From: an uncultured virus (IMG/VR IMGVR_UViG_3300029258_001891)
Taxonomy: Duplodnaviria > Heunggongvirae > Uroviricota > Caudoviricetes
Virus record (IMG/VR): IMGVR_UViG_3300029258_001891
Length of the DNA stretch: 34,364 nucleotides
Strand: one strand, 5' to 3'
The translations under genes and the position numbers were made by a program. The notes below the pieces were generated by a model that was not told the origin of the DNA, did not search any database, and worked only from the letters and a program-made list of their open reading frames with translations. Of the stretch, positions 1-8,884 are shown one piece after another; within the stretch, counting starts at the first letter, position 1; every line of letters begins with the position of its first letter.

Positions 1-118
1 GGCGCGGAGATGGACGAGGATTAGACATCCTCTCCTACCTAAATGGGGGTGTCTCGGGGAACAGGGTGGTTGAGTTGCGAGCCTCTTCCACCCTGTCCCT
101 ACTTTTAAGGGAAAAGCG

Positions 119-475
119 ATGGCAAAAAAGATAAAGACGATTCCAGTGTTTCGACTGAGGGAGAAGAAGTTTGATTCTCACGCTTTTCTTCGTGTTTCTA
201 TTGAGATGTGGCGCAATCGAAGGGAGACGCTGAACGACGGAGAAGCACAACCTGGATATGTTTACATCGGGCGTATGGACGGATTCACTCCGACAACCCT
301 CAGAAGGTTGAGAAAACACTTGGCCAAGTTGAAAGTAAAGGACGATTCCAATGAGCGAGGAAGAAAAAACGCCGCAAGAGGAGCCGCCGAAGTCATCGGG
401 GAAAGTCAAGTCAATCGACATTCTCATGGGAGTACCAAACCAAGACGAAGAAGAAAAGGAAAAGCAAAAGTATAG
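119..475 (+). CDS. Hypothetical basic protein
   Basis: 118-aa ORF with purine-rich leader; overlaps next ORF by 125 nt, no recognisable motif. Confidence 0.5.
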   Translation: MAKKIKTIPVFRLREKKFDSHAFLRVSIEMWRNRRETLNDGEAQPGYVYIGRMDGFTPTTLRRLRKHLAKLKVKDDSNERGRKNAARGAAEVIGESQVNRHSHGSTKPRRRRKGKAKV

Positions 476-779
476 TACCGTTGTCACCCTTCGTGAAGGA
501 ATCTCCTACTTCACGTGCTTGAGCATTCTGTACGAAGACAACATCAACAGCGTCGGATTGTTCAACATGAAGATCGTCCATGACAGCAACATTCCCGGCG
601 AGAACATCCAACTACATCGGTCTTTGCTTCAAGCGCATGTGGTGAACCTGAAGCAAATCACGCAAGCAGCCGCGATGAAGACAAAGCCGAATGCGGGAGG
701 TATCATCACGCCCGGAAGCCCTCAATACCGAAACAAGTTTGGTCCTCCGCCTAGAAAGAAGAGAGGAAGAGGACGATGA
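351..779 (+). CDS. Hypothetical protein
   Basis: 142-aa ORF; stop overlaps the polymerase start (ATGA coupling). Confidence 0.7.
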   Translation: MSEEEKTPQEEPPKSSGKVKSIDILMGVPNQDEEEKEKQKYSTVVTLREGISYFTCLSILYEDNINSVGLFNMKIVHDSNIPGENIQLHRSLLQAHVVNLKQITQAAAMKTKPNAGGIITPGSPQYRNKFGPPPRKKRGRGR

Positions 780-2683
780 AGATAAAGACTGTCAAGACGA
801 AGAAGGACTTGCGTCTTCTGTGTGAATATCTTGAGGAAGTCAGCAAGCGCAAGAATCCGTTCTGGCGGGCTTTTGCTTTCGACACGGAGACATATGCTCC
901 GGGCGGAAAGAAGACTTTTAAGAAAGAGGGGTTGGTTATTGACCGTGGACGTGTGATGTTCATATCCATCGCGCGAAAGAATCGTGCATGGGGAATCCCT
1001 CTATCCAGCTTCGATCCGGCGTATCTCGACACACAGTACGTTATGAAGAAGCTGGAACCTTTCTTCGCGGACAGAAGACTCACCAAGGTAATGCATCATG
1101 CCAACTACGACATCAACATGGTTATGAACCACGGCGTGAAGTTCGATCTTCGCTCCATCTATTGCACGATGATTGCGGGACACTGTTGGGACGAGAGAAT
1201 ACCTAATGCGCTCAAGGAACGCGCTGTTCTTATCGGAATGCGGCTTAGAAAAACGTCCAGTGTGGACATGAAGAACATCGATGAAATTGTTCCCTATGCC
1301 TGTAACGATGCTATCTCCACGTGGAAACTTTATGACGCATATGAGCGTGGGTACAAAGCCAGGACCGTTGACGGCGTTCGCAACATGCTGTTGAAAGGAA
1401 CGCGCCGAAAGTTTTTCGAGATGGAAATGGAAAGCCTCGCAGGTGTGATTCGCATGGAACGCCGGGGAATCAGACTGAATCCGAAAGGGATCAAGAGGAT
1501 AGATCGTCTTTTGGCAGATAAGATGGACAAATGTGCGGCCAAAGTCTATCAAAAGAACGGGAAGGAATTCAATCTCAATTCCAAGATACAGCTAGGAAAG
1601 TTTCTTTTCGGAAAATTGGGATTGGAACCTGTGGAGAAGACACCCACAGGCAGGCCGAAAGTTGACAAGGTTTGCTTGGCGTATTTGCTGGATGAACATC
1701 CGTTGGTGAAACAGATTGTCAACTACAACGCCTATCTCTCATTACGTAGATTTACCGGGCCGGATACGGGACTCTTTCTCTACTGCGACGATAACAACAG
1801 GATTCATACTACCTATTCGCAAGTGGGAGCGCGCACGGCCCGGTCTTCGTCGTCCAACCCGAATCTTCAACAGATTCCCTCTAAAACGGACATCCTTCAT
1901 ATCCGCGAATGCTTCGTGCCGAAACCTGGAAACAAACTGATTGTCGCGGATATGGAACAACTTGAATTGCGTCTTATGGCAATCTTCAGTTTGGATAAAA
2001 TGATGCTCCGTTGTTTTCGGAAGGGAATATCGATTCACATCCAAACGGGAGTGGAAACAGGATTGCTGCCTAAAGGAATAACGAAGGATGAGATTAAGGC
2101 GGAATTAAAATACGATCGGTCTTATATGATTGCTAAAAATTGCAATTTTGCTCTTCAATACGAGGGAATGTGGTTCACCCTCCAAAGACAGTTGATTCTT
2201 GAAGGCGTCTTCATAGAGAAAGAAGAAGCGATAGACATCATCGACAAGTATTGGAACATCTATTACGGTGTGCCGATCTACCGGGAACAGCTTTATGAAT
2301 CCTGCCGGGAAAGGGGCTTCATCAAGAACATCTGTGGCCGTCCTTTCAGGATCAGGAACATTTCCAGCGAAGTATTCCGGGAACGAAAGGCGGCTGAAAG
2401 GCAATGCATCAACACACAGATTCAGAGTTCCGCCGCCGATTGGCTGAAGCACGCGATGATCCTTTGCGATGCAAGCAAGGAGTTGAAAAGTATGAAGTGC
2501 AGGATGCTTATGCAGATTCACGACGAATTGATCTTCGAAGTTCCCGCGAAGTACGCGAACGAAGCAGCGAAGGTCGTTCAAAGACTCATGGAAACACCGC
2601 CGCCAAATCTGACAAGGAAACTTGTGATTCCGTTACTGGTTTCAGTGGGGATCGGAGACTCATGGGCTACCGCGAAAAACTAA
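776..2683 (+). CDS. polA: Family A DNA polymerase (3'-5' exonuclease + polymerase, no 5'-3' exonuclease)
   Basis: ExoI FDTET, ExoII HHANYD, ExoIII YACND; TARSSSSNPNLQQIP; motif A IVADMEQLELR; motif B-like AKNCNFALQY; motif C QIHDELIFE. Confidence 0.97.
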   Translation: MKIKTVKTKKDLRLLCEYLEEVSKRKNPFWRAFAFDTETYAPGGKKTFKKEGLVIDRGRVMFISIARKNRAWGIPLSSFDPAYLDTQYVMKKLEPFFADRRLTKVMHHANYDINMVMNHGVKFDLRSIYCTMIAGHCWDERIPNALKERAVLIGMRLRKTSSVDMKNIDEIVPYACNDAISTWKLYDAYERGYKARTVDGVRNMLLKGTRRKFFEMEMESLAGVIRMERRGIRLNPKGIKRIDRLLADKMDKCAAKVYQKNGKEFNLNSKIQLGKFLFGKLGLEPVEKTPTGRPKVDKVCLAYLLDEHPLVKQIVNYNAYLSLRRFTGPDTGLFLYCDDNNRIHTTYSQVGARTARSSSSNPNLQQIPSKTDILHIRECFVPKPGNKLIVADMEQLELRLMAIFSLDKMMLRCFRKGISIHIQTGVETGLLPKGITKDEIKAELKYDRSYMIAKNCNFALQYEGMWFTLQRQLILEGVFIEKEEAIDIIDKYWNIYYGVPIYREQLYESCRERGFIKNICGRPFRIRNISSEVFRERKAAERQCINTQIQSSAADWLKHAMILCDASKELKSMKCRMLMQIHDELIFEVPAKYANEAAKVVQRLMETPPPNLTRKLVIPLLVSVGIGDSWATAKN

Positions 2684-2734
2684 TGAGATCATGGGACAGT
2701 TTTTCTCTCCGGGGGTGGGACGCTGACTGTCAAG

Positions 2735-3061
2735 ATGTTAAAGCAAGCCGTAGAAAACATCTACAGGGAGTATAAGAAGGAGATTTCGATGTGTGAAGAA
2801 AAACCCACTACCTATGGAGGAAGAAGTCTAAACCCTCTTCCTCCTGACGTTATCTATGCTCACGAGATCGAGGGTTTTGCTCTTGTGTTGACAAGATTTG
2901 TCGGCGAAGACGCTTCTGCAAAAGAAGTTCTCTCGAAACACTTTGCAGACAGTTATGGTTCAAAAAAAGCTGTGAAAGAAAAGATTTACATAGTTGAGTT
3001 GTTAGATGAGAGTGGAGCTTCAATAAGTGTCGTAGAGATGCCATACTTTGTTTACCCGTAA
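2735..3061 (+). CDS. Hypothetical protein (AT-rich)
   Basis: 108-aa ORF filling the polA-recA gap; visibly more AT-rich than its flanks. Confidence 0.6.
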   Translation: MLKQAVENIYREYKKEISMCEEKPTTYGGRSLNPLPPDVIYAHEIEGFALVLTRFVGEDASAKEVLSKHFADSYGSKKAVKEKIYIVELLDESGASISVVEMPYFVYP

Positions 3062-3088
3062 ACTCGTTTCTCTTAGAAAGGGGATAGC

Positions 3089-4201
3089 GTGATGTCGATA
3101 GAGACTGTGATGAACCGCATAAATAAACGCTACGGTAGGGGAACAATCGTCCGTGCCAGCGATGCACTTGGATTGACGATCAAGCGTTTCAGCACAGGGA
3201 GCCATTCCCTTGATATTGCTCTAGGCGGGGGCTTCGTGGAAGGCCGGATAAACGAAGTCATAGGACACTACAGCGCGTATAAAAGCACGCTCGCTATTTG
3301 CGGAGCCACGAAGTTCATCAAGAAAGAGCCTAAGAAGCGGTACGTTGTCTACATCGATGTGGAGAACGCTTTCGATGTGAAGTGGTTGAAGTTCCTCGAC
3401 GCCGATCCGAACAAGTTCCTTCTCGTGTCGCCGACGACAAGCGAACAGTCCGTGGACATCGTTTGCGATGTGTTGGACGAGGGGGATCAAGTCTTGGTGA
3501 TCTTCGATTCCATCGGTGCTATCACACCGCACTTCGAAGTCGAGAAGAAGATGGAGAAAAGCAGTGTCGGGATGCACCCGCGTTTCGTGTCCAAGATGCT
3601 GCGTAAGCTGATTCCGCGATTGAAGAAGGATTTGCTTTCTTCTACGCCGAAATCGACCATCCTTTTGTTGAATCAAGTCCGTGTTCAAATCGGCGTGATG
3701 TTCGGCGATCCTGAAACGGCACCGGGGGGAAAGGCGCTTGAACACGCGGCATCTGTCTGCGTGAAGCTGTACCGCAAAGGCTACATCTATGAGGAAATCA
3801 AGGAAAGCGGGGAGACGTTGAAACAGGCCGTGGGAACAACGGTGGGATTCGTCGTTGTGAAGAACAAGACCGGCGGCAACGCGAACGAACGGGGATTCTT
3901 CAACTTCTACAATCGGGCATATGGATACCGGGAAGGGGGAACCATCGACAATGCGCTTGACCTTCTTCCCATGGCCGTGGTATACGGGATTGTCCGAAAG
4001 AAGGGACACGCCTACTCCTATCAGGGGATCAAGGCCAACGGGAGAGAGAAGTTCTGCAAGAAAATCTACATGGACAAGTACGTCTTGCAGGACTTGTACA
4101 ACGATGTGATGAAGGTACACAAAGGAAAACTCCAACTGAAGCGCACCGGGGATAAAGCGAAAAAGCGGCAGAAGAAGAACAGAAAGGCGTTCGCGCTATG
4201 A
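3089..4201 (+). CDS. recA: RecA/UvsX-family recombinase
   Basis: STGSHSLDIALGGG, P-loop GHYSAYKST, YIDVEN, VIFDSIGA, LLNQVR..IGVMFGDPETAPGGKALEH, VVKNK. Confidence 0.95.
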   Translation: MMSIETVMNRINKRYGRGTIVRASDALGLTIKRFSTGSHSLDIALGGGFVEGRINEVIGHYSAYKSTLAICGATKFIKKEPKKRYVVYIDVENAFDVKWLKFLDADPNKFLLVSPTTSEQSVDIVCDVLDEGDQVLVIFDSIGAITPHFEVEKKMEKSSVGMHPRFVSKMLRKLIPRLKKDLLSSTPKSTILLLNQVRVQIGVMFGDPETAPGGKALEHAASVCVKLYRKGYIYEEIKESGETLKQAVGTTVGFVVVKNKTGGNANERGFFNFYNRAYGYREGGTIDNALDLLPMAVVYGIVRKKGHAYSYQGIKANGREKFCKKIYMDKYVLQDLYNDVMKVHKGKLQLKRTGDKAKKRQKKNRKAFAL

Positions 4202-4515
4202 AGCGGCTGAAATCGGATCAACAAGAGAAACGCTTGGCTGAGAAGTTGAACGGGCGTGTCCAGCCGGGATCGGGATGCGGATGGCGCAACAAAGGGGATG
4301 TGAAAGGTCCGCAGTGGCTTGCGGAATGTAAGAGGACGGACAAGAAACAAATCATCTTGAAGAAGGCTGACATCGAGAAGATCATTGAACGGGCGGCTAA
4401 AGAAGGATTGGAACCGCTCATGGAGATTCAAATTCAAGATGTGAATGTTTATATTTTGACCGAGACAACTTTTGATTTTGTCCGAGATGCGATAGAAAGG
4501 AGACTTAGAGAATGA
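4198..4515 (+). CDS. Holliday junction resolvase-like PD-(D/E)XK nuclease
   Basis: QEKRLA..GRVQPGSG..KGDV..LAECKRT; ATGA overlap with recA. Confidence 0.8.
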   Translation: MKRLKSDQQEKRLAEKLNGRVQPGSGCGWRNKGDVKGPQWLAECKRTDKKQIILKKADIEKIIERAAKEGLEPLMEIQIQDVNVYILTETTFDFVRDAIERRLRE

Positions 4516-4567
4516 AAGAGAGGGTGAGTAAGATACATTGTGGAACAGTGTGGCAAACAGCTTAGGG

Positions 4568-4636
4568 ATTGAGGACATGCGCGTGTATGTCCTGGCGGAA
4601 TCAACGTTCGACTATCACTTTGTGGAGGATGAGTGA
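4568..4636 (+). pseudogene. Relic duplicate 3' end of the upstream resolvase gene
   Basis: Reads IEDMRVYVLAESTFDYHFVEDE*, matching the resolvase segment IQDVNVYILTETTFDF; stop overlaps the next ATG (TGATG). Confidence 0.7.
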
Positions 4637-4851
4637 TGCCTGAGATCGATCTTGAAATTAATGTGCACTTGCGGAAAGGTCCGTCTCTAACTGTTTCCCG
4701 AGACACAACCGGAGAAACCTGGTTCGGGGTAAGCGGAGAAAACCGCCCCATTAATTCAAAAGAAGCGTCTGCGTTGATCGGGGCGTTCGTATTGGCCTTT
4801 GGAGACAAACTCGATGAAGACAAAAGCCTTAATCAGATTAGTGGAGAGTGA
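4636..4851 (+). CDS. Hypothetical protein
   Basis: ORF with GGAGG RBS before ATG 4636. Confidence 0.7.
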   Translation: MPEIDLEINVHLRKGPSLTVSRDTTGETWFGVSGENRPINSKEASALIGAFVLAFGDKLDEDKSLNQISGE

Positions 4852-5044
4852 AGGGGGAAAGTTCCTACGTAGCAAGGGGAGTCACAAGATTTACCGGATG
4901 CCAAACGGCGAGATAGTGAACATCCCTCTCAGTGGCGCGCACACGGAAGCGTCACCGGGAATCGAGCACAAGGCAAAGAGGGCGATAAGGAGAAACCTAC
5001 ATGGCCCGGTACAAGGAGGAAAAGAAAATCCTTCGCGCAGTTAA
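4814..5044 (+). CDS. hicA: HicA-family (dsRBD-fold) mRNA interferase-like protein
   Basis: LIRLVESEGGKFLRSKGSHKIY..NGEIVNIP..H: HicA KGSH signature and typical size. Confidence 0.8.
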   Translation: MKTKALIRLVESEGGKFLRSKGSHKIYRMPNGEIVNIPLSGAHTEASPGIEHKAKRAIRRNLHGPVQGGKENPSRS

Positions 5045-5156
5045 GAAAGTCCACGGGAAGAAGCTGCCTAGGGAATGGTACTTGGAGTTGAAAAGCTGTG
5101 CTTCAAAAGAGGAAGCTTTGGAGAAGTACCGGGCGCTGAGAGGGAAGGAGATTTGA
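5001..5156 (+). CDS. Small hypothetical protein (51 aa, not in ORF track)
   Basis: TAAGGAG RBS, ATG 5001, MARYKEEKKILRAVKK...RGKEI*; abuts next gene. Confidence 0.6.
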   Translation: MARYKEEKKILRAVKKVHGKKLPREWYLELKSCASKEEALEKYRALRGKEI

Positions 5157-5157
5157 G

Positions 5158-5490
5158 ATGAACAAGTGTGAGCGATGTGGAAGAGCAGCCGGTCTTTTCG
5201 GCAGGGAAATGACAAAGTTTCGAGGAGGAATCACGGCATATATTTGTTGTCCTTGCAAGAACGAAGCGGATAAGTTTGTTCGGAATCATCCTCTCTTTAC
5301 GAAGTTGCGGGAAGTGGAAGCGAAGCGTTACGTGATGGATGCAAGGTACTCATGCGGAGAACGCCCTACGCCTACTGTCGAAGAAGTTGTCGAAGTTATG
5401 AAAGAAGAGGATGATGTGTTTGCCGTTTTCAATCCCGATCTTGTCGAGTTCCTGAAAGGAGAAAAAAATGTTGATATTAAAGGAAGTTGA
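5158..5490 (+). CDS. Zn-finger hypothetical protein
   Basis: CERC...CCPC motifs; AAGGAG RBS. Confidence 0.7.
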   Translation: MNKCERCGRAAGLFGREMTKFRGGITAYICCPCKNEADKFVRNHPLFTKLREVEAKRYVMDARYSCGERPTPTVEEVVEVMKEEDDVFAVFNPDLVEFLKGEKNVDIKGS

Positions 5491-5698
5491 TTTGCGTGTG
5501 GAAGGCATCGCAAGAGAAAGTATGGCCGATAACGCTTACAGTGTGTTGTTTTCCGCGTGTTTGCGATACACACAGGATGGAAAGGAAAACTGTGTAGACG
5601 TGGACGATGGAAAGCTTCGTATATTCGTGCCCAAGGAAGAAGCCAAGAACTTTTTGCCGGGGGAAGTGTTCAAGTTTGAAGCAGTGAACGGAGATTGA
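5468..5698 (+). CDS. Hypothetical protein
   Basis: AAAGGAG RBS; 76 aa. Confidence 0.65.
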   Translation: MLILKEVDLRVEGIARESMADNAYSVLFSACLRYTQDGKENCVDVDDGKLRIFVPKEEAKNFLPGEVFKFEAVNGD

Positions 5699-5709
5699 GG
5701 AGGAGAGCG

Positions 5710-6286
5710 ATGGGCGGGCGGAAGAGAGAAATCTGGAAGCCCATTCCCGGATGGGAAGGATATGAAGTCTCCGACCAGGGACGTGTGCGTTCTTTTTGGG
5801 CGCGAAAAACAAGAGGGGGCGTGTCGTGGCTTTAGACACTTCATCGGCCAGACGGCCAGGATACGCCCGCACAACATCTCGGAAAACGGAAGACCGATCA
5901 TTACGTTTAGCCTTAGCAACAAGTCGTTCAACTTCAAGGTTTGCCGTCTTGTGCTTCTTGCTTTCGTCGGCCCGTGTCCTGAAGGCATGGAATGCCGTCA
6001 TCTGGACGGGAACCCGGCCAATAACAGGATCGGCAATTTGGTTTGGGGGACTAAGAAAGAAAACATAGCTGACAAAAAGCGGCACGGAACGCATGTTCAA
6101 GGATCGAAGCAAAACGGGGCTAAGTTGAAGGAAAGAGATGTGCGCCGTATCTGTCGATTGTTAGCGCAAGGTGAAGGCCCAACTGAAATCTCTAGGAAGT
6201 TTGGTGTTCATCAAGTTACGATTACAGACATCAAACTTGGTCGATCTTGGGGCTGGCTTACGAAGCAGAGAAAAAGGAGGGCGTAA
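5710..6286 (+). pseudogene. NUMOD4-HNH-HTH homing endonuclease with a +1 frameshift
   Basis: GAGGAGG RBS, ATG 5710, EIWKPIPGWEGYEVSDQGRVRS (NUMOD4) stops at 5833-5835; HNH (RLVLLAFVGP..CRHLDGNPANNRIGNLVWGTKKEN) and C-terminal HTH are in the +1 frame. Confidence 0.85.
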
Positions 6287-6288
6287 CA

Positions 6289-6570
6289 GTGGGCGGCAAA
6301 GGTTCAGGGAGCAAGAAGGGAAAGGCGGGATCGAACTGGAAGGACGGAAGATGGGCGAACATGGCAAAGATGCGGGACAAGTTACGCGGGACGGGAAAAC
6401 TTGTTGGCCATGTCAAGCCCGTGACGCGGGACAAGAAGAACCACAACATTCAGGGCGGGCCGACAAGCAAAAACGCTTCATCGAATCTTCGTCCGGTTTC
6501 AAGAAGTGCGAACGCGAAAGGGACACGGAATGATCGAAGACGGATTAACCGGAGAGCGAATGCCCGATAG
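6289..6570 (+). CDS. Small basic HNH-like protein
   Basis: AAGGAGG RBS, GTG 6289; VGHVKP..GG..SNLRPVSRSAN resembles a minimal HNH; N-terminus MGGKGSGS. Confidence 0.6.
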   Translation: MGGKGSGSKKGKAGSNWKDGRWANMAKMRDKLRGTGKLVGHVKPVTRDKKNHNIQGGPTSKNASSNLRPVSRSANAKGTRNDRRRINRRANAR

Positions 6571-6964
6571 TTGCAAATGCGGTGTTTGCGGAAGGGCGGG
6601 CACAGAACTCCGTAAGTGTTGTGTGTGCGGACAGAATACGTGTCCGTTTTGTGTGTTTTTCATTGAAATGGAAACTGAGAAAAAGCCTATTTGTTCTGAT
6701 TGTTTTGACACCGTTTGTGGCTGCGACAACGAGTGTGATGGGCATTGTGATGAGTGTATTGAAAAAGCCAACGCAGAAGTTGAAGACGATGATGAGTTAG
6801 ATGATGAGTTAGATGATGACGATCATTTTTGTGCTATTTGTATTTCTTCTACACCTCCATGGGAATTGAGCACATGCCCTTCGTGTGGGCAACGTGTGTG
6901 TGATGGATGCTGCGTCAAGAAGGTTAATTTGTGTACATTTTGTGCACAAACATTGGGTAACTAG
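6560..6964 (+). CDS. Cys-rich multi-zinc-finger protein
   Basis: Two similar CxxC clusters separated by an acidic linker containing a tandem GATGATGAGTTA repeat; AT-rich. Confidence 0.7.
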   Translation: MPDSCKCGVCGRAGTELRKCCVCGQNTCPFCVFFIEMETEKKPICSDCFDTVCGCDNECDGHCDECIEKANAEVEDDDELDDELDDDDHFCAICISSTPPWELSTCPSCGQRVCDGCCVKKVNLCTFCAQTLGN

Positions 6965-6973
6965 TTGGAAAAC

Positions 6974-7050
6974 GGCTGCCCCCTGGGACGGGCGGCTTGC
7001 AAACGCGGGGGAGAGGGAGAGCCGACGCCTTGAACCCGCGTTTGCATTTT
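6974..7050 (+). terminator. Double hairpin, possible intrinsic terminator
   Basis: GCTGCCC/GGGCGGC stem, then perfect 12-bp inverted repeat TGCAAACGCGGG (6998-7009)/CCCGCGTTTGCA (7035-7046) followed by TTTT. Confidence 0.55.
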
Positions 7051-7074
7051 CACTGACCGAAAGGAGAAACGATC

Positions 7075-7539
7075 ATGGCTAGCGCAATGGGGTTTGGTAC
7101 AAGGACGAAGCGGACTTACTACGGACTTTTGCGAACTATCAAAGGAAAAGGCTTCGAATATGAAACTGTCGATCTTGTGACGGCGCACAAGAAAAGAACA
7201 CTTCAGAAGTATATCGACGCCTACGCTCCCGGAACGGAGCATCGCGTGGTCACTACTCGGGCGGCTCATGTGTGGCAAGCGTACCCGGAGATCACCAAGG
7301 CCGTTCGTGTTGGTACGTTTCCAGAATTGAACGAGGAAGAGAAGAAGCTGGTCGATAAACACATTCAGGATGGAATCATTCCTGCCGTCAAGAAGTACCG
7401 TGCCAGAACAGGTCTTGGTTTGAAAGAAGCTAAGGGTCAGATCGACAAATACAGGGAGTCAAAGAAGAATGCTTCGCAACCTGTGGAAAGACGTGAACAA
7501 GATGAAGAAGAGGAAAGTCTCGTTCATCAACGTCATTGA
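7075..7539 (+). CDS. Protein with ribosomal bL12 (L7/L12) C-terminal-like domain
   Basis: IIPAVKKYRARTGLGLKEAKGQID matches the bL12 CTD pattern KI.VIK.VR..TGLGLKEAK..V. Confidence 0.75.
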   Translation: MASAMGFGTRTKRTYYGLLRTIKGKGFEYETVDLVTAHKKRTLQKYIDAYAPGTEHRVVTTRAAHVWQAYPEITKAVRVGTFPELNEEEKKLVDKHIQDGIIPAVKKYRARTGLGLKEAKGQIDKYRESKKNASQPVERREQDEEEESLVHQRH

Positions 7540-8377
7540 TCGCTTCCTTTACGATGAACAGATGGCCCTCATGCGCCGGGAAATAACGGACGTTGACATT
7601 CGGCGTGCCGAAGCAAAGATCGAACTGGCATTGGCCGAACGCAAGTTCAAGCAGTGGAAGGCCGCGAAGAAAGACTACAGGGACAAGTATTATCATCCTT
7701 CCGCTATCGGGGGATGCGCTAGAAGGACTGTCTACAAATCCATGCGCGCACCCAAGAACAAACCTCCGATGGGTGGTATCGCGGACATCGCCAAGTCACA
7801 GCGAATCTTTGCCACGGGCGATTCGCTTCACTTGCGAATGCAAGTCCTCTTCGTCCGAATGGGCCTTTGTACGATAGATGACATCGAAGTTCCCTTCACT
7901 GTCGGCGATGAACAAGGAACCTGTGACGCCATAGTGAGTCTAAAGGGGAAGAAGTACATCGTCGATTTCAAATCCATCAATGACTACGGCTTCAAGAACC
8001 TTGGACGGCATTACGGGAAGGAAGGGTACAAGCAGCAGATTCACATGTACATGAAGCACTTGAAGATTCATCGTGCCGTGTTCATCTACGAGAACAAGAA
8101 CGATCAAACGTTGCGCGAGACGTTTTTCGAGTTCAACAAGAGCGACGAAAGGAAACGGAAGAAGCGTTTGGATTATCTCCGTGACCACGTGGACAACCGG
8201 AAGTTGCCGAAGAGGGAAGGGGAGTCTGTGCACCGTTTTCCTTGCAAGGGATGTTTCTACACCAACATTTGTTGGGATGAGAGAAAGGGAAGGAAATGGT
8301 TAAAAAACGCAAAGGGACGAAAAGCAAAAAGAAAAGGACCATCCTCGAAGAAACGGAGCGCCGCATTCGCGCTGTAG
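7469..8377 (+). CDS. Cas4-like PD-(D/E)XK exonuclease with 4-Cys cluster
   Basis: YHPSAIGGCAR, GDSLH, GTCDAIV, IVDFKS, QIHMYM, CKGCFYTNIC; start may be 7502. Confidence 0.88.
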   Translation: MLRNLWKDVNKMKKRKVSFINVIDRFLYDEQMALMRREITDVDIRRAEAKIELALAERKFKQWKAAKKDYRDKYYHPSAIGGCARRTVYKSMRAPKNKPPMGGIADIAKSQRIFATGDSLHLRMQVLFVRMGLCTIDDIEVPFTVGDEQGTCDAIVSLKGKKYIVDFKSINDYGFKNLGRHYGKEGYKQQIHMYMKHLKIHRAVFIYENKNDQTLRETFFEFNKSDERKRKKRLDYLRDHVDNRKLPKREGESVHRFPCKGCFYTNICWDERKGRKWLKNAKGRKAKRKGPSSKKRSAAFAL

Positions 8378-8787
8378 GTATCGTCGATACGGACAAGCCG
8401 AAGGACAGCACGGCGCAAATGCCGATTGACCCTACACGCCTGCCGCCCAAGAGGCTGCAACGAGCTTACACGGCTATGGTGGCGTGGTATGCCTATGCCA
8501 ACGATCATCTCGCCAAAACGAGAATCCAGTTGATCGGTGCGCAAAGAAGTTTGCGCACGGCAAGGGCGAGGATTCGATTCGCAAGCGGAGGGAAAAAGAA
8601 GTACGAACAGGATGCGGAGATGGACCTTGATCCGAAGATTCAAAAGTTGGTCCGTAGGTGCGAGGAACTTGAGGCGATGAAAATCGCCCTTGAAACGCGA
8701 GTGGACAACTACGACCGGAAATCCAAGGCGTTGAGCCGCGATCAAAGCAGAAGGAGTGTCGAGTATGAACGCTCTAGTCGAGCTTGA
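8296..8787 (+). CDS. Helical protein, possibly UvsY-like recombination mediator
   Basis: Coiled-coil character, DLDPKIQKL segment and recombination-module context; family call is tentative. Confidence 0.45.
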   Translation: MVKKRKGTKSKKKRTILEETERRIRAVGIVDTDKPKDSTAQMPIDPTRLPPKRLQRAYTAMVAWYAYANDHLAKTRIQLIGAQRSLRTARARIRFASGGKKKYEQDAEMDLDPKIQKLVRRCEELEAMKIALETRVDNYDRKSKALSRDQSRRSVEYERSSRA

Positions 8788-8884
8788 GTTGCCGGAGAAA
8801 GCCGAGTCATCAACGAGAAGTCGAAGAGGAAATGGTTGACAGGCGGTGAAAACCTCGTAGACTTCGGCAGATCAGGAGAGAGTC

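Noticed and set aside
866..892. RAFAF in the polymerase as a copy of the FAF tag
   Set aside because: It is the hydrophobic strand leading into the ExoI DTET motif, so it is already explained
7469..8377. CRISPR-Cas system implied by the Cas4-like gene
   Set aside because: No repeat-spacer array or other cas genes seen; solo Cas4-like nucleases are common in phage replication modules
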